A stretch of 64,000 nt of DNA from Acidimicrobiia bacterium (GTDB lineage: Bacteria; Actinomycetota; Acidimicrobiia; Spongiisociales; UBA5794), in NCBI GenBank assembly GCA_051011415.1, contig JBPCTY010000147.1, positions 8,405 through 72,404 of the forward strand, written 5' to 3'. Of this stretch, positions 18,278 through 27,997 are shown in pieces; position 1 is the first letter of the stretch, and the number at the start of each line of letters is the position of its first letter. The notes below the pieces were generated by a model. The model did not search any database. It saw nothing but the letters and a program-made list of their open reading frames with translations, and was not told the origin of the DNA. Position numbers and translations under genes: made by a program.

Positions 18278-19084
18278 GTGCCTACGCACTATCTCGATAC
18301 GCTGCCTGTTGTGGTGATGCTCGAGCAACTTCCTCCCGGACAGCCGATTGGCGTTTCAGCGACGCTGTTCATCGCCTATCAGAACTGCCCACAGCAAGCC
18401 CTTGCACGGCTTCGGGGCATCTATGGGCCCCCATCGCGTGCGTCGTTCAGGGGCCTGCTCGCCCATCGGATCTTTGCGAGGCACATCAACTCAGGGCCGA
18501 TCGCAAGCGACGACGTTGCGCAAGCGTGCAGGGAGGAAACGGGTGAGAATCTCAACGGGGTGCTTTCGGACCTCGGGCTGGTACCGAGCGAGTTCCGATC
18601 TGTGGTAGCTGAGGTTGCTGATCTGTACGAGCGGTTTCAGACGTTGCCGCTCGACGGTGCAGCGGAAGCTGAGAAGGAGTTCGATGTCGAAGTTGGCGCC
18701 GACGTGCGTGTTCGGGGTCGAATCGACGCCGTGTTTGCTGACGACGCGGGTACGCGGATTGTCGATTGGAAGACCGGCAAGGATCTTGGTGATGATGTCA
18801 CTGATCAGCTTCTCTTCTACGCATGGGCGTGGAAGGTGGCCACTGGCGAGCCTCCTTCGGCAACGGAGGCAATGTCAGTAACGACCGGGGAGCGCCTGGT
18901 CGAAGACTTCGATGCGGATGATCTTGGCGAAATCGAGTCCAGCGTGGCGGAGATGGTGTCCGTGTTGCGGGAGGCGATGTCCGCCGACACCGATGTTTCT
19001 CGTACCGGGGGTCCGCACTGTCGCTGGTGCCCGCTGCTCGAAGATTGCAGCGAAGGGAAGGCCGCCGTCGAGCTTCTCGGGTGA
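18278..19084 (+). CDS. PD-(D/E)XK nuclease, Cas4/AddB-type with Cys cluster (RecB-family exonuclease)
   Basis: Motifs RGRIDAVF...IVDWKTGK, an N-terminal Cys (NCPQQA) and a C-terminal CRWCPLLEDC. The start is uncertain (GTG at 18278 or ATG at 18317). Confidence 0.7.
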   Translation: MPTHYLDTLPVVVMLEQLPPGQPIGVSATLFIAYQNCPQQALARLRGIYGPPSRASFRGLLAHRIFARHINSGPIASDDVAQACREETGENLNGVLSDLGLVPSEFRSVVAEVADLYERFQTLPLDGAAEAEKEFDVEVGADVRVRGRIDAVFADDAGTRIVDWKTGKDLGDDVTDQLLFYAWAWKVATGEPPSATEAMSVTTGERLVEDFDADDLGEIESSVAEMVSVLREAMSADTDVSRTGGPHCRWCPLLEDCSEGKAAVELLG

Positions 19085-19123
19085 CGTGTGCCATGTCCCC
19101 GGACCACGCCATACTTGATCGCT

Positions 19124-19972
19124 ATGGCTCGCACCATCCTTGCTCTTCACGCACATCCAGACGACGAGTCCTCCAAGGGCGCAGCGACTGTGGCACGCTA
19201 CGTGTCAGAGGGTGCATCCGCAGTACTTGTCACCGCCACGGGGGGAGAAGCAGGGGACATCCTCAACCCTGCGATGGACAAGCCGGGAATTCTCGAGAAC
19301 CTGAAAGCAGTCCGAGAGGACGAGCTCGCTGCTGCCGCGAAGACGATTGGCTATGACGAAGTCATCCTGCTCGGCTACCGAGACTCGGGAATGCCGGACT
19401 CTGAAGACAACTCGCGACCCGAGGCATTCTGCAACCAGGACGAAGATGAAGTGCTCTCGCAGCTTGTTTCGATTGTTCGCAAGCACAGGCCAGATGTCGT
19501 GCTTGGCTACGACAGTCACGAGTTCTATCCGCATCCCGATCATCTCTACGTCCACAGGCTTTCGATGGAAGTGTTTGTCGCCGCAGCAGACGCAGAGCGC
19601 TTTCCTGATCAGGGCCCCCCGTTCGAGATTCAGAAGATGTACGCGCCTGTCTTTACAGCCGAGCGCATAACTGCATTGCACGAGGCCATGCTCAGCCGGA
19701 CAGGAAGCTCTCCCTACGCCAGATGGATGGATGCCCTCCAGGACCGCACCCTTCCGGATCGCAAGCTCACCCGCATCCGAGTCGATGGATGGATCGATCA
19801 GGGCCGAGATGCGCTTCGGGCCCATCAGACGCAGGTGGACCCAGACGGCTTCTGGTTCGAGGTTCCAACGGCGGTGATTGAAGAGGTGTATCCGTGGGAA
19901 GACTTCGAGTTGCTCGCCTCCCGGGTTCCGTGGGATCCGGACGAGGATGACCTGTTCGCCGGTATCGACTGA
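19124..19972 (+). CDS. mca: Mycothiol S-conjugate amidase (Mca/MshB family PIG-L deacetylase)
   Basis: Start refined to MARTILALHAHPDDESSKGAATVARY...TGGEAGDILNP, which closely follows the Mca N-terminal pattern. Confidence 0.75.
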   Translation: MARTILALHAHPDDESSKGAATVARYVSEGASAVLVTATGGEAGDILNPAMDKPGILENLKAVREDELAAAAKTIGYDEVILLGYRDSGMPDSEDNSRPEAFCNQDEDEVLSQLVSIVRKHRPDVVLGYDSHEFYPHPDHLYVHRLSMEVFVAAADAERFPDQGPPFEIQKMYAPVFTAERITALHEAMLSRTGSSPYARWMDALQDRTLPDRKLTRIRVDGWIDQGRDALRAHQTQVDPDGFWFEVPTAVIEEVYPWEDFELLASRVPWDPDEDDLFAGID

Positions 19973-20005
19973 CGGCAGGACCGTCGTGTCTGCTGGAATG
20001 AGACC

Positions 20006-21304
20006 GTGACAACGATCGCTGAACTTCGAGCACAGTTGCTATCGGTGCCGGTGGCGCTTCTTGGTGCTGATGAGCGTCGGGTGAAGGAAGAGGCCCTCAC
20101 GTCGCTCGACGCACTTGCGCAGTTCGACATTGTCCCTGCGGCTGTTGCGTTCGTCGGGAGCTCTGGCTCGGGGAAGTCGACCATCTTCAATGGCTGTGTC
20201 GGCGCCGATGTGTCTCCGGTATCGGTGAAGCGGCCAACGACAACGCGAGCGATCATGGCTGGATCTTCGGGACCTGTTTCGCTCGCCGTCGAATCCGAGT
20301 ACGTGCTTGTCCCATCAGCTCGGCCAGGTGTCGTGTTTATCGACACACCTTCCTGGGAGCACGATCCCGAAACGATTGCGTCGGTGATGGCCGCCGTAGA
20401 ACTCGTCGTCGTGGTGTTGACTCCTTCGAGATACGCCGATGCAGCGGTCTCAGAGCTTGTGGATTCGCTTCCTGAGCGTCGCCCGTCAGCCGTCGTCGTC
20501 AACAGGGTGGACGCCGAACCGGAAGACGTTGCTGCGCTGATGGACTCGGTTCGTGAGCTGTACGGGGCGGACGTTGTGGAGCTGTCGGAGGGTGGAAGTG
20601 TCGCAGATGCATCTGAGATTCTGTTGAGAGATCTTGCAATCGACACCATCGGATACCAGCGAGGAGCGGTACTTCGTGCCTCCGGGAGTTCTGGAGCTCG
20701 ATTTCTCGCCAGCGCAGTGACCTCGCTCTCGACAGAGATTGGATCGTTGGCGGAGGTCATCGATGGTGCAACGGCTTCTGTCTCGGGAGACGAGACACTT
20801 CCTGTTCTGGAGACGTGGCATGAAACCAGGGGTGCGATCGTCAACGAGACGAGGCGCCGGGTCGCTGCGCTCGACGCCACTCTGGCCCTTGAGGACGGTG
20901 GCGACATTGCCCCTCGGGTGCGGCTCGATCTCGATCCCTGGGAGGGGGAGAGTCTTGGAGACGATCTCGATTCCTGGCACGACAGGCTCACGGCCTCCGG
21001 CGTCGCAAACGCTCGGATGCGCTGGAGAAAGAAGTCAGGGACCGAGCTGATCGCACACAACCTGTGGAAGGCTGGCGTCCACCCCGGCCTCAGCCTGCCG
21101 AACAGGGTCCAACGAACGCTTGGCCCTCGACTTGCACCAACGGTCGCCGAGGCCCACGAAGAGCTGGTCAGCCTTGTCGACGCTGCGACTGAGGCAAGAC
21201 GGCAGCAATGGGCCTCGTATGTGGCGATGCTCGGTAGCTATACACCGGGCAACCTGCTTGCAGCGGCTGACGGGTTCAGCCCAAGAGGTGCAGCCCGTGG
21301 CTGA
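20006..21304 (+). CDS. P-loop GTPase-like protein (dynamin/YfjP-like G domain) of unknown function
   Basis: G1 GSSGSGKST, G3-like FIDTPSW, G4-like NRVD, followed by an Ala/Leu-rich helical C-terminal half of about 250 aa. Confidence 0.6.
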   Translation: MTTIAELRAQLLSVPVALLGADERRVKEEALTSLDALAQFDIVPAAVAFVGSSGSGKSTIFNGCVGADVSPVSVKRPTTTRAIMAGSSGPVSLAVESEYVLVPSARPGVVFIDTPSWEHDPETIASVMAAVELVVVVLTPSRYADAAVSELVDSLPERRPSAVVVNRVDAEPEDVAALMDSVRELYGADVVELSEGGSVADASEILLRDLAIDTIGYQRGAVLRASGSSGARFLASAVTSLSTEIGSLAEVIDGATASVSGDETLPVLETWHETRGAIVNETRRRVAALDATLALEDGGDIAPRVRLDLDPWEGESLGDDLDSWHDRLTASGVANARMRWRKKSGTELIAHNLWKAGVHPGLSLPNRVQRTLGPRLAPTVAEAHEELVSLVDAATEARRQQWASYVAMLGSYTPGNLLAAADGFSPRGAARG

Positions 21305-22202
21305 TCTACGCGAGGTCATGGATCTAGTCGACATCACCATGGTGAGGTCAGAGGACGTCGTATCGGAGAGCACGTTCCGCGATATGGAATCCATCGCCCG
21401 TCGGTCCAGGATGCGAGATGGCTTCATTGGCGAAGTGCTTGTAGTGGCTTTCGCTGGTGGCACTGGTTCTGGGAAGTCATCAATCCTCAACGCCCTGGCT
21501 AGCAAGGACCTGGTGACCACAGGGATCGTTCGGCCGACCACTCAAATCGCCGCTGCCGTGTACCCAAACAATCTCGGCGCCGACATCTCGCCGCTGCTCG
21601 ATTCGCTTGGCGTAGAAACCCGCATTGCCCACGACACATTCGATGCAATCGTCGTCGTAGACCTTCCAGACTTCGATAGCACAGCCGAAGCACACCGACA
21701 CGTGGTCGAGGAGGTCGTGCCAAAGGTCGATGCGGTGGTGTGGGTGCTCGACCCCGAGAAGTATGCCGATCCAATTCTCCACGATGACTTCCTCTCGCCG
21801 CTTGTGCCATATGAGAGCCAGTTCATCTTTGCGATGAACCAGGTAGATCGCCTCGGCGACGACGCCGACGATGCGGTCGATACGCTGAATGCTCTCCTAA
21901 CGGCGGACGGGTTCGACAGTCCGTCGATCGTGGCCATATCGGCCGCGCCACGCGAAGGGGATCCAGACGTCGCATCGCTGAACGATGCGATCGAGCAGCG
22001 TCTTGATGTGAAGAAGGCCGCTATTGCAAAGATTGCTTTGGACCTCAGAAGCCTTGCATCCCTGGGATGGGATGCGTGTCATAAGGTGGACCGGACGGAT
22101 ATGGGCACCACGTCACTCGATGCGCTCGCGCTTGCCGCGGCCTCGTTCGTATCGTTGGGTGTCGCCGCATACGAAGTGCACCACTCGGCGATGAGCCGCT
22201 GA
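21297..22202 (+). CDS. P-loop GTPase-like protein, paralogous partner of the upstream gene
   Basis: Start refined to the GTG at 21297 (GTGGCTGA overlaps the upstream stop). G1 GGTGSGKSS, G3-like VVDLPDFDS, G4-like NQVD. Confidence 0.6.
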   Translation: MADLREVMDLVDITMVRSEDVVSESTFRDMESIARRSRMRDGFIGEVLVVAFAGGTGSGKSSILNALASKDLVTTGIVRPTTQIAAAVYPNNLGADISPLLDSLGVETRIAHDTFDAIVVVDLPDFDSTAEAHRHVVEEVVPKVDAVVWVLDPEKYADPILHDDFLSPLVPYESQFIFAMNQVDRLGDDADDAVDTLNALLTADGFDSPSIVAISAAPREGDPDVASLNDAIEQRLDVKKAAIAKIALDLRSLASLGWDACHKVDRTDMGTTSLDALALAAASFVSLGVAAYEVHHSAMSR

Positions 22203-22214
22203 AGGGGAGTTCAG

Positions 22215-23084
22215 ATGGAGCGTCTGGAAGAGTTCTGGGACACCGTCACGTCGAATTGGGGCTACGAGCTTCTTGCGAGCCTGGCCGTGGTGGTTGGTGC
22301 CCTGATCCTGCTGTGGGTTGTCCGCAAAGCCGTTGTTCGGTGGACGAGTCGAGTCGAGCGCAACTACCACACGTCAGATGCGCAAGAGCAAAGGGAGCAG
22401 GGTCAGCGGCTCGTGACGATCACCAGCGTCACTCGGGTCGTGATCTCGATCACCGTGTGGGTTGTCGTGATCCTCACGATCATGGCGATCTGGGGCATTC
22501 CAATGGCACCGTTGATCGCAGTTGGGGCAACGGTTGGTATTGCTGTCGGTTTCGGTGCGCAGGACTTCGTCAGGGATGTGATCGCAGGCTTCTTGATCCT
22601 TGTCGAGGATCAGTATGCAATCGGCGATGTCGTGTCGATCGCAGGCGTTTCGGGCTCGGTCGAAGAAGTCACGCTCCGCACAACGGTGCTGCGAGATCTC
22701 GAAGGGAACAGGCACCACGTACCAAACGGCGAAATTCGCGTGGCCTCAAACCTGACCGCGGGCTTCTCCCGGCTGGTGGTCGATGTCTCGGTCTCCTACG
22801 ACACCGATTTGGACAGAGCTATCGATGTGATCGCAGATGAAGCGTTGGCACTCTCCCAGGATCCCGACTGGCAGGCGATGCTCCTCGAGGAACCCGTTCT
22901 GCTTGGCGTGAACAAGCTGGGCGAATCTGGCATCGACATCAGGGTCTTGCTGACGACCACCACCGAGGATCGATGGGCCGTGAAGCGAGAGTTTCTCAAG
23001 CGTATGAAACAAAGGCTCGACACCGAGCAGATCGAAATTCCGTACCAGTACCTGAGTGTCGTGATGAAGGACGAGGGCGCCTAG
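22215..23084 (+). CDS. Mechanosensitive ion channel, MscS family
   Basis: Three N-terminal TM helices and the MscS beta-domain motif (GDVVSIAGVSGSVEEVTLRTTVLRDLEGNRHHVPNGEI). Confidence 0.85.
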   Translation: MERLEEFWDTVTSNWGYELLASLAVVVGALILLWVVRKAVVRWTSRVERNYHTSDAQEQREQGQRLVTITSVTRVVISITVWVVVILTIMAIWGIPMAPLIAVGATVGIAVGFGAQDFVRDVIAGFLILVEDQYAIGDVVSIAGVSGSVEEVTLRTTVLRDLEGNRHHVPNGEIRVASNLTAGFSRLVVDVSVSYDTDLDRAIDVIADEALALSQDPDWQAMLLEEPVLLGVNKLGESGIDIRVLLTTTTEDRWAVKREFLKRMKQRLDTEQIEIPYQYLSVVMKDEGA

Positions 23085-24013
23085 CCGTCATCACCATCCG
23101 GCGGTCGAAGGACGAGGAGTCCCTGCTCGTCCGGCGTGAGGTCAATTGCAGCTGCATGACCAAGCATCTCGCCGTCGGCCTGGAAGGGCGACGTTGGTTC
23201 TGCGTCTACTGACAGCTTCTCGTAGTTGGTCCACAACTGGACGCCTGTTGCTTCCCTGTGCCGAATGCCAGCGGCTGCACGCGTAAAGATCTCCGCTGCC
23301 CTCCCGATGCCGAGGTTGTTGGCAGCCAACGTCGCGATTCCCTCAGGAGGTTCAGATGTGAGCCGCAAGGGAAGCATGCCGAAGTAGGTGTATGGATCGT
23401 GGACCTGCGTGAGTGCCACGAGTGCATCGAACCGGTCCCCGTCACATGTCATCCTGAGGTTCGGCTGTTCCGAACGCCAGCTCGAAAGCAGCCTGCTGAT
23501 GGCGGTTGATGCGTAGTGGACACTGCCAAAACGTGACTTTGCAAACGGTCTGGTTTCAGCAGACTCGACGACGTCTGCATCGAAACCGATGCCCACGGAG
23601 AACACTGCATGGCGCGTCATCGACCCACTCAGAGTTTCTGCATCGATGCGTACGGTTCGTGTTGGGAGTGGTCTCCACTCGACCGACCCCTCAGCCGCCT
23701 TGTCTGCAGACTGCGGGATGCCGAGGATGCGGCTCAGGACGTTTGTCGTTCCGACAGGAATGATCCCAAGCGCTGTTGAGCTGCCGACCAGTCCGTTTGC
23801 GACGTGATGTGCAACGCCGTCTCCACCCATCGCAAACACGACGTCCACGTGATCGTCGGCTGCCGCACCGCTCACCACCCTGGTCTGATCGGCTGACACC
23901 GGCCATTCGGTTGAGAGGTCGTAGGCCTTCGACAGCGTTGTCTTGATCTGACGAAAGACGCCTCCGGTGAACTGGGACGCCGATGGGTTGGCGATGAGGA
24001 CCGCTCGAGGCAT
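23081..24013 (-). CDS. Diacylglycerol/lipid kinase family protein (YegS/BmrU type)
   Basis: DAGK catalytic-domain motifs VVFAMGGDGVAHHV and GIIPVGTTNVLSR. Confidence 0.8.
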   Translation of the reverse strand: MPRAVLIANPSASQFTGGVFRQIKTTLSKAYDLSTEWPVSADQTRVVSGAAADDHVDVVFAMGGDGVAHHVANGLVGSSTALGIIPVGTTNVLSRILGIPQSADKAAEGSVEWRPLPTRTVRIDAETLSGSMTRHAVFSVGIGFDADVVESAETRPFAKSRFGSVHYASTAISRLLSSWRSEQPNLRMTCDGDRFDALVALTQVHDPYTYFGMLPLRLTSEPPEGIATLAANNLGIGRAAEIFTRAAAGIRHREATGVQLWTNYEKLSVDAEPTSPFQADGEMLGHAAAIDLTPDEQGLLVLRPPDGDDG

Positions 24014-24060
24014 GCTGCAATGCTACGGCGGCACGTTGTCGAGCTATTCGACGATGAGGT

Positions 24061-24429
24061 CTAACCGGCGAGAAGCTTCTCGACCTGGACGCGGAGATCA
24101 AGCGGACGGAATGGCTTCGTCATGAAACTGTCGGCGCCACCCTTGGCGGCCTTGTCTGCCATCTCGGGTTGTGCATGCGCCGTGAGGACGAGAACCTTTA
24201 TCGAGGCCGTCTCCTGATCGTCCCTGAGTTGTCGCAACACTTCCCAGCCATCGAGTCCAGGAAGACCGATATCGAGTACCACCGCATCCGGTTTCGATTC
24301 ACGAATTGCATCGAGACCGGTGACACCGTCGGCTGCTGAACTCACCTCAACACCGAGAACGCGTAGACAGACCTCGATGAGGCGTCGCACGGACGCAGAA
24401 TCTTCGATGACGAGCACATGTTGTTCCAC
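24061..24429 (-). CDS. Single-domain response regulator (CheY-like receiver)
   Basis: 122 aa. The receiver motifs VLVIEDS, the phospho-acceptor context DAVVLDIGLPGLDG, and the conserved K in FMTKPF are present. Confidence 0.85.
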   Translation of the reverse strand: MEQHVLVIEDSASVRRLIEVCLRVLGVEVSSAADGVTGLDAIRESKPDAVVLDIGLPGLDGWEVLRQLRDDQETASIKVLVLTAHAQPEMADKAAKGGADSFMTKPFRPLDLRVQVEKLLAG

Positions 24430-24563
24430 ACTGTGTGTATCGGCGCTTCGCTTTCGCGACTTCAGCGTTTCTTCAACTGCCGTGATGGGCAGAGCAGAGG
24501 GCGTATGCGTACGCTGAAGACACGCATCAAACCACCAACGTCACCTTCCCCCCGGAGGAACCA

Positions 24564-26123
24564 GTGCTCCCGCCATATCGCACCGAACCGTATTCAGACT
24601 TCACCGATGAGACCGTGGCATCACGGTACCGACAGGCTCTCCGAGCCGTTGAGGCGTCTCTTGGAGAGAGATCGCCGCTCATCATCGGTGATGCCAGAGT
24701 TGACACGAAGGCGTCGATTGAGTCTGTGAACCCGTCGAATCCATCGGAGATCGTCGGAACCGCGGCGTCTGCCGATGCAGGCCATGTCGACGCCGCGCTC
24801 GATGCGGCGTGGGCTGCGTACCCGGACTGGTCGAGGCGTACGGCCGAGGAACGAGCCGGACTCGTCCATCGCGTGGGCGATCTCATCGCCGAGAGGAGTT
24901 TCGAGTTTGCCGCTTGGCAGACCTTCGAGGCAGGAAAGAACTGGGCAGAAGCAGAAGCAGATGTCGCTGAAGCCATTGACTTCTGTCGGTACTACGCCCA
25001 TCAGGCGCTCGAGCTTGCGCAGCCTGTCGCGGTGCACACGTACCCGGGAGAAACCAACGAGTCGTGGCTGCAGCCGATGGGCGCCGGCGTGGTCATCCCG
25101 CCGTGGAACTTCCCGCTTGCGATTCTGGTTGGCATGACGATTGGACCAGTTGCTGCTGGCAACACGGTTGTCCTGAAACCCGCATCAAACACACCGATGG
25201 TCGGTTGGGGTTTCATCAAGGTCCTCCAAGAGGCTGGTCTTCCGGCTGGAGTGGTCAACTACCTCCCAGGGTCAGGTGGAGAAATTGGCGATGCGCTCGT
25301 CGACGACGGCAGGACCAGGTTCGTGAACTTCACAGGCTCAAAAGAGGTGGGTCTTCGGATTGCTGAGCGGGCCGCAAAGGTGCACGACGGCCAGAAGTGG
25401 CTCAAGAGGGCCTACATGGAGATGGGCGGCAAGGACGCGTTGATCGTCGACGACACCGTTGATCTTGATGCAGCAGCGGCAGATGCCGTGCGTTCGGCGT
25501 TCGGCTTTCAGGGTCAGAAGTGCTCTGCGTGCTCTCGGCTGATCGTGTTCTCATCCGTCCACGATCAGCTTCTCGATCTTGTGGTTGAGAAGGCAAGCCA
25601 GCTCAGTGTGGGGCCGGCGAACGAGAACCACCCGATGGGACCAGTCATCTCCGCTGCCCAACGTACGTCCGTCATGTCGGAGATTGAGTCAGGAAAGACA
25701 GAAGCTGCGCTTGTGATGGGTGGGCAAGCGATAGACCGGGATGGCGGTTACTACATCGAGCCAACGATTTTCGATAGCGTCGCCCCCGCTGCCCGCTTGG
25801 CGCAGCATGAAATCTTTGGTCCGGTCCTGTCCGTCATCACCGTTGACGACTTCGACGAGGCGATTGAGGTCGCCAACGGAACCGAGTTCGGTCTCACCGG
25901 TGGTCTGTACTCGAACGATGCGCATCGTCTCGAGAGAGCAAAGCGTGAGTTCCATGCCGGCAACCTGTATCTCAACCGAAAGATCACCGGTGCGTTGGTA
26001 GGGATTCAGCCGTTTGGCGGGTTCAACATGTCAGGCTCAAATGCGAAGGCAGGAGGACCTGACTATCTCAGGTTGTTCATGGAGATGAAGAGTGTGACCA
26101 CGCGAATCTCCGAGGAGTCCTAA
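24564..26123 (+). CDS. pruA: L-glutamate gamma-semialdehyde (1-pyrroline-5-carboxylate) dehydrogenase
   Basis: 519 aa ALDH with EMGGKDA and GQKCSACSR motifs. The N-terminal region is typical of RocA/PruA-type P5C dehydrogenases. Confidence 0.8.
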   Translation: MLPPYRTEPYSDFTDETVASRYRQALRAVEASLGERSPLIIGDARVDTKASIESVNPSNPSEIVGTAASADAGHVDAALDAAWAAYPDWSRRTAEERAGLVHRVGDLIAERSFEFAAWQTFEAGKNWAEAEADVAEAIDFCRYYAHQALELAQPVAVHTYPGETNESWLQPMGAGVVIPPWNFPLAILVGMTIGPVAAGNTVVLKPASNTPMVGWGFIKVLQEAGLPAGVVNYLPGSGGEIGDALVDDGRTRFVNFTGSKEVGLRIAERAAKVHDGQKWLKRAYMEMGGKDALIVDDTVDLDAAAADAVRSAFGFQGQKCSACSRLIVFSSVHDQLLDLVVEKASQLSVGPANENHPMGPVISAAQRTSVMSEIESGKTEAALVMGGQAIDRDGGYYIEPTIFDSVAPAARLAQHEIFGPVLSVITVDDFDEAIEVANGTEFGLTGGLYSNDAHRLERAKREFHAGNLYLNRKITGALVGIQPFGGFNMSGSNAKAGGPDYLRLFMEMKSVTTRISEES

Positions 26124-27055
26124 CTCTGACCGCCGCTGTAGGTGAACCAGACCACGGCATTGCCGAGGGTGTCAGACACGATTGCCGTGTCCCCTCCGTT
26201 TGACCAGACGGGTGTATCGGAGCACCAGTAGATCGCGTCTGGAGCGGCGCCATCACAACCTGTGACGACGGTGACCGACTCGCCTGGTGCCAAGACTGTC
26301 CCATTTGGGAAGGTCAGCCGGTTGGAGCTGCTTTCGTCGCGAAGGACCCATCCTTGGATGGACACCCGTCCGTACCCTTCGTTCACGATCGTTACGAACT
26401 CGCTCTCGAGCGAAGCATCATCGGGTCCGTCGGGATTGAAGGCGAGCTCGCTCACTCGGATGACAGGGCGGTCCGCCTTGATTCCTTCCGCGTCGCCGCA
26501 GGCAAATGTCCCCCACATGCCGCGGCCTGATTGGAATGCCCTTGCTTCTGCGGCTTTGAGGGACGGTGCGAACTCATTTCCGTTCTGAACCGCGACCGCA
26601 TGTCCGCCTGTGGTGAGATCCAGATTGACGAATGAAACAACCTCAGCGGTTTCGATGTACACGAACCGCAAGGCCCTGCCAAAGCTGTCGAGATCCTCCG
26701 CTCCGGCAACCATCTGCACTTCCTGACCAAGCACCATGCTCGCAAGTACGGCGGTCGCCTCATCGCCCCAACACTCCGTTGTCTCTGGAGCATTGATGCC
26801 AAGCAGTCGCACGTCTATCGACTCGCCAAGCACAGTCACCCTGATTGTGTCGCCGTCCGTGATCTCGGTCACGGTTCCGGTGACACGCTCTTCGACGGGG
26901 GGCAACGTCGGGGTCGTCGTTGTTGCTCCGCCTGATCCGGCAATAGTGGAGCTTGTCGTTGTGGTCTCGACGAATTCAGGAGCTTGTGGCCGCGAGTCGC
27001 ACGCAACAGCGACCAACGCGACGACGATTCCCAGCAGTGCTGACCCTTTCCGCAT
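26120..27055 (-). CDS. Secreted lipoprotein: staphylococcal-nuclease (SNase) domain plus a lamin-tail domain
   Basis: Lipobox LVAVAC. SNase motif DGDTIRV...VRLLGINAPE. The C-terminal LTD pattern is VSELAFNPDGPDD...FVTIVN...ISIQGWVLRD. Confidence 0.75.
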   Translation of the reverse strand: MRKGSALLGIVVALVAVACDSRPQAPEFVETTTTSSTIAGSGGATTTTPTLPPVEERVTGTVTEITDGDTIRVTVLGESIDVRLLGINAPETTECWGDEATAVLASMVLGQEVQMVAGAEDLDSFGRALRFVYIETAEVVSFVNLDLTTGGHAVAVQNGNEFAPSLKAAEARAFQSGRGMWGTFACGDAEGIKADRPVIRVSELAFNPDGPDDASLESEFVTIVNEGYGRVSIQGWVLRDESSSNRLTFPNGTVLAPGESVTVVTGCDGAAPDAIYWCSDTPVWSNGGDTAIVSDTLGNAVVWFTYSGGQS

Positions 27056-27185
27056 CCCGGAACGGTAGGCAGGTATCCACGAAACTCACGGCAACGTCGA
27101 ATGTGTCGGGACCTGAGCGGCTATGGGATTCCTAGTATTGCCGCGGCTGGGCGCCGGGACGGGCGCAATGAACCACGGAGGACCC

Positions 27186-27950
27186 ATGGCAGGCATGTTC
27201 GATCTGACCGGGAAGACAGCCATCGTCACTGGCGGCAATAATGGCATTGGGCGCGGAATGGCCGAGGCGTTGGCCGACGCAGGTGCGTCGGTTGCCATCT
27301 GGGGCCGGAACGAGGAGCGAAACCTCGAAACCCTTGAATCGATCCGAAGTAGGGGCGTTGAGGGGCTTGCTCTGCCAGTCGATGTCGGGGACGAGCAGTC
27401 AGTAGTTGAGGCATTTGCAGAGACCGTCGATGCCTTTGGGCATGTTGACTCGGTCTTTGCGAACGCCGGCGTCGGCTCGGTGGGAACACCGTTCAGTGAC
27501 ATCACCACAGAGGAGTGGCGGTACATCTTTGGTGTCAACATGGAAGGTGCGTTTTGGACCTTCCGCGAGGCAGTTCGACACATGAAGCCCAGAGGCACCG
27601 GATCCTTGGTTGTGACTTCCTCGGTGTCTGCGGATGCTGGATTCCCGACCGGCGAGCACTACGCCGCAACAAAGGCTGGCGTGAGGGCCCTCATCCAAGG
27701 GCTTGCTGTTGAGTACGGGAAGTACGGCATCAGGGCGAATGCAATTGCTCCGGGCTGGGTCGTCACCGGCATGACCGATTCCTTCATCGACGGCGATCGA
27801 TTTGCACAGAACGTCAAGCCGCGGATACCCGTGGGACGTTGGGGAACACCCGACGACTTTGGGGGCATCGCTGTGTACCTGGCTTCGGACGCTTCCGTAT
27901 GGCACACCGGCGACACGATCACCATCGATGGTGGGTATCTCAACAAGTAG
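27186..27950 (+). CDS. SDR-family oxidoreductase
   Basis: Start refined to MAGMFDL after a GGAGGA RBS. Motifs TGGNNGIGRG and YAATKAG. Confidence 0.8.
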   Translation: MAGMFDLTGKTAIVTGGNNGIGRGMAEALADAGASVAIWGRNEERNLETLESIRSRGVEGLALPVDVGDEQSVVEAFAETVDAFGHVDSVFANAGVGSVGTPFSDITTEEWRYIFGVNMEGAFWTFREAVRHMKPRGTGSLVVTSSVSADAGFPTGEHYAATKAGVRALIQGLAVEYGKYGIRANAIAPGWVVTGMTDSFIDGDRFAQNVKPRIPVGRWGTPDDFGGIAVYLASDASVWHTGDTITIDGGYLNK

Positions 27951-27997
27951 CGGCACATCTTTACGAGCACACATGCACAACAGGCGGGCGGAACCAC

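Noticed and set aside
19825-21060. A 411-aa minus-strand ORF antisense to the mca 3' end and the first GTPase gene
   Set aside because: Its low-complexity Ser/Thr/Ala-rich translation has no motifs, and it fully overlaps better-supported + strand genes.
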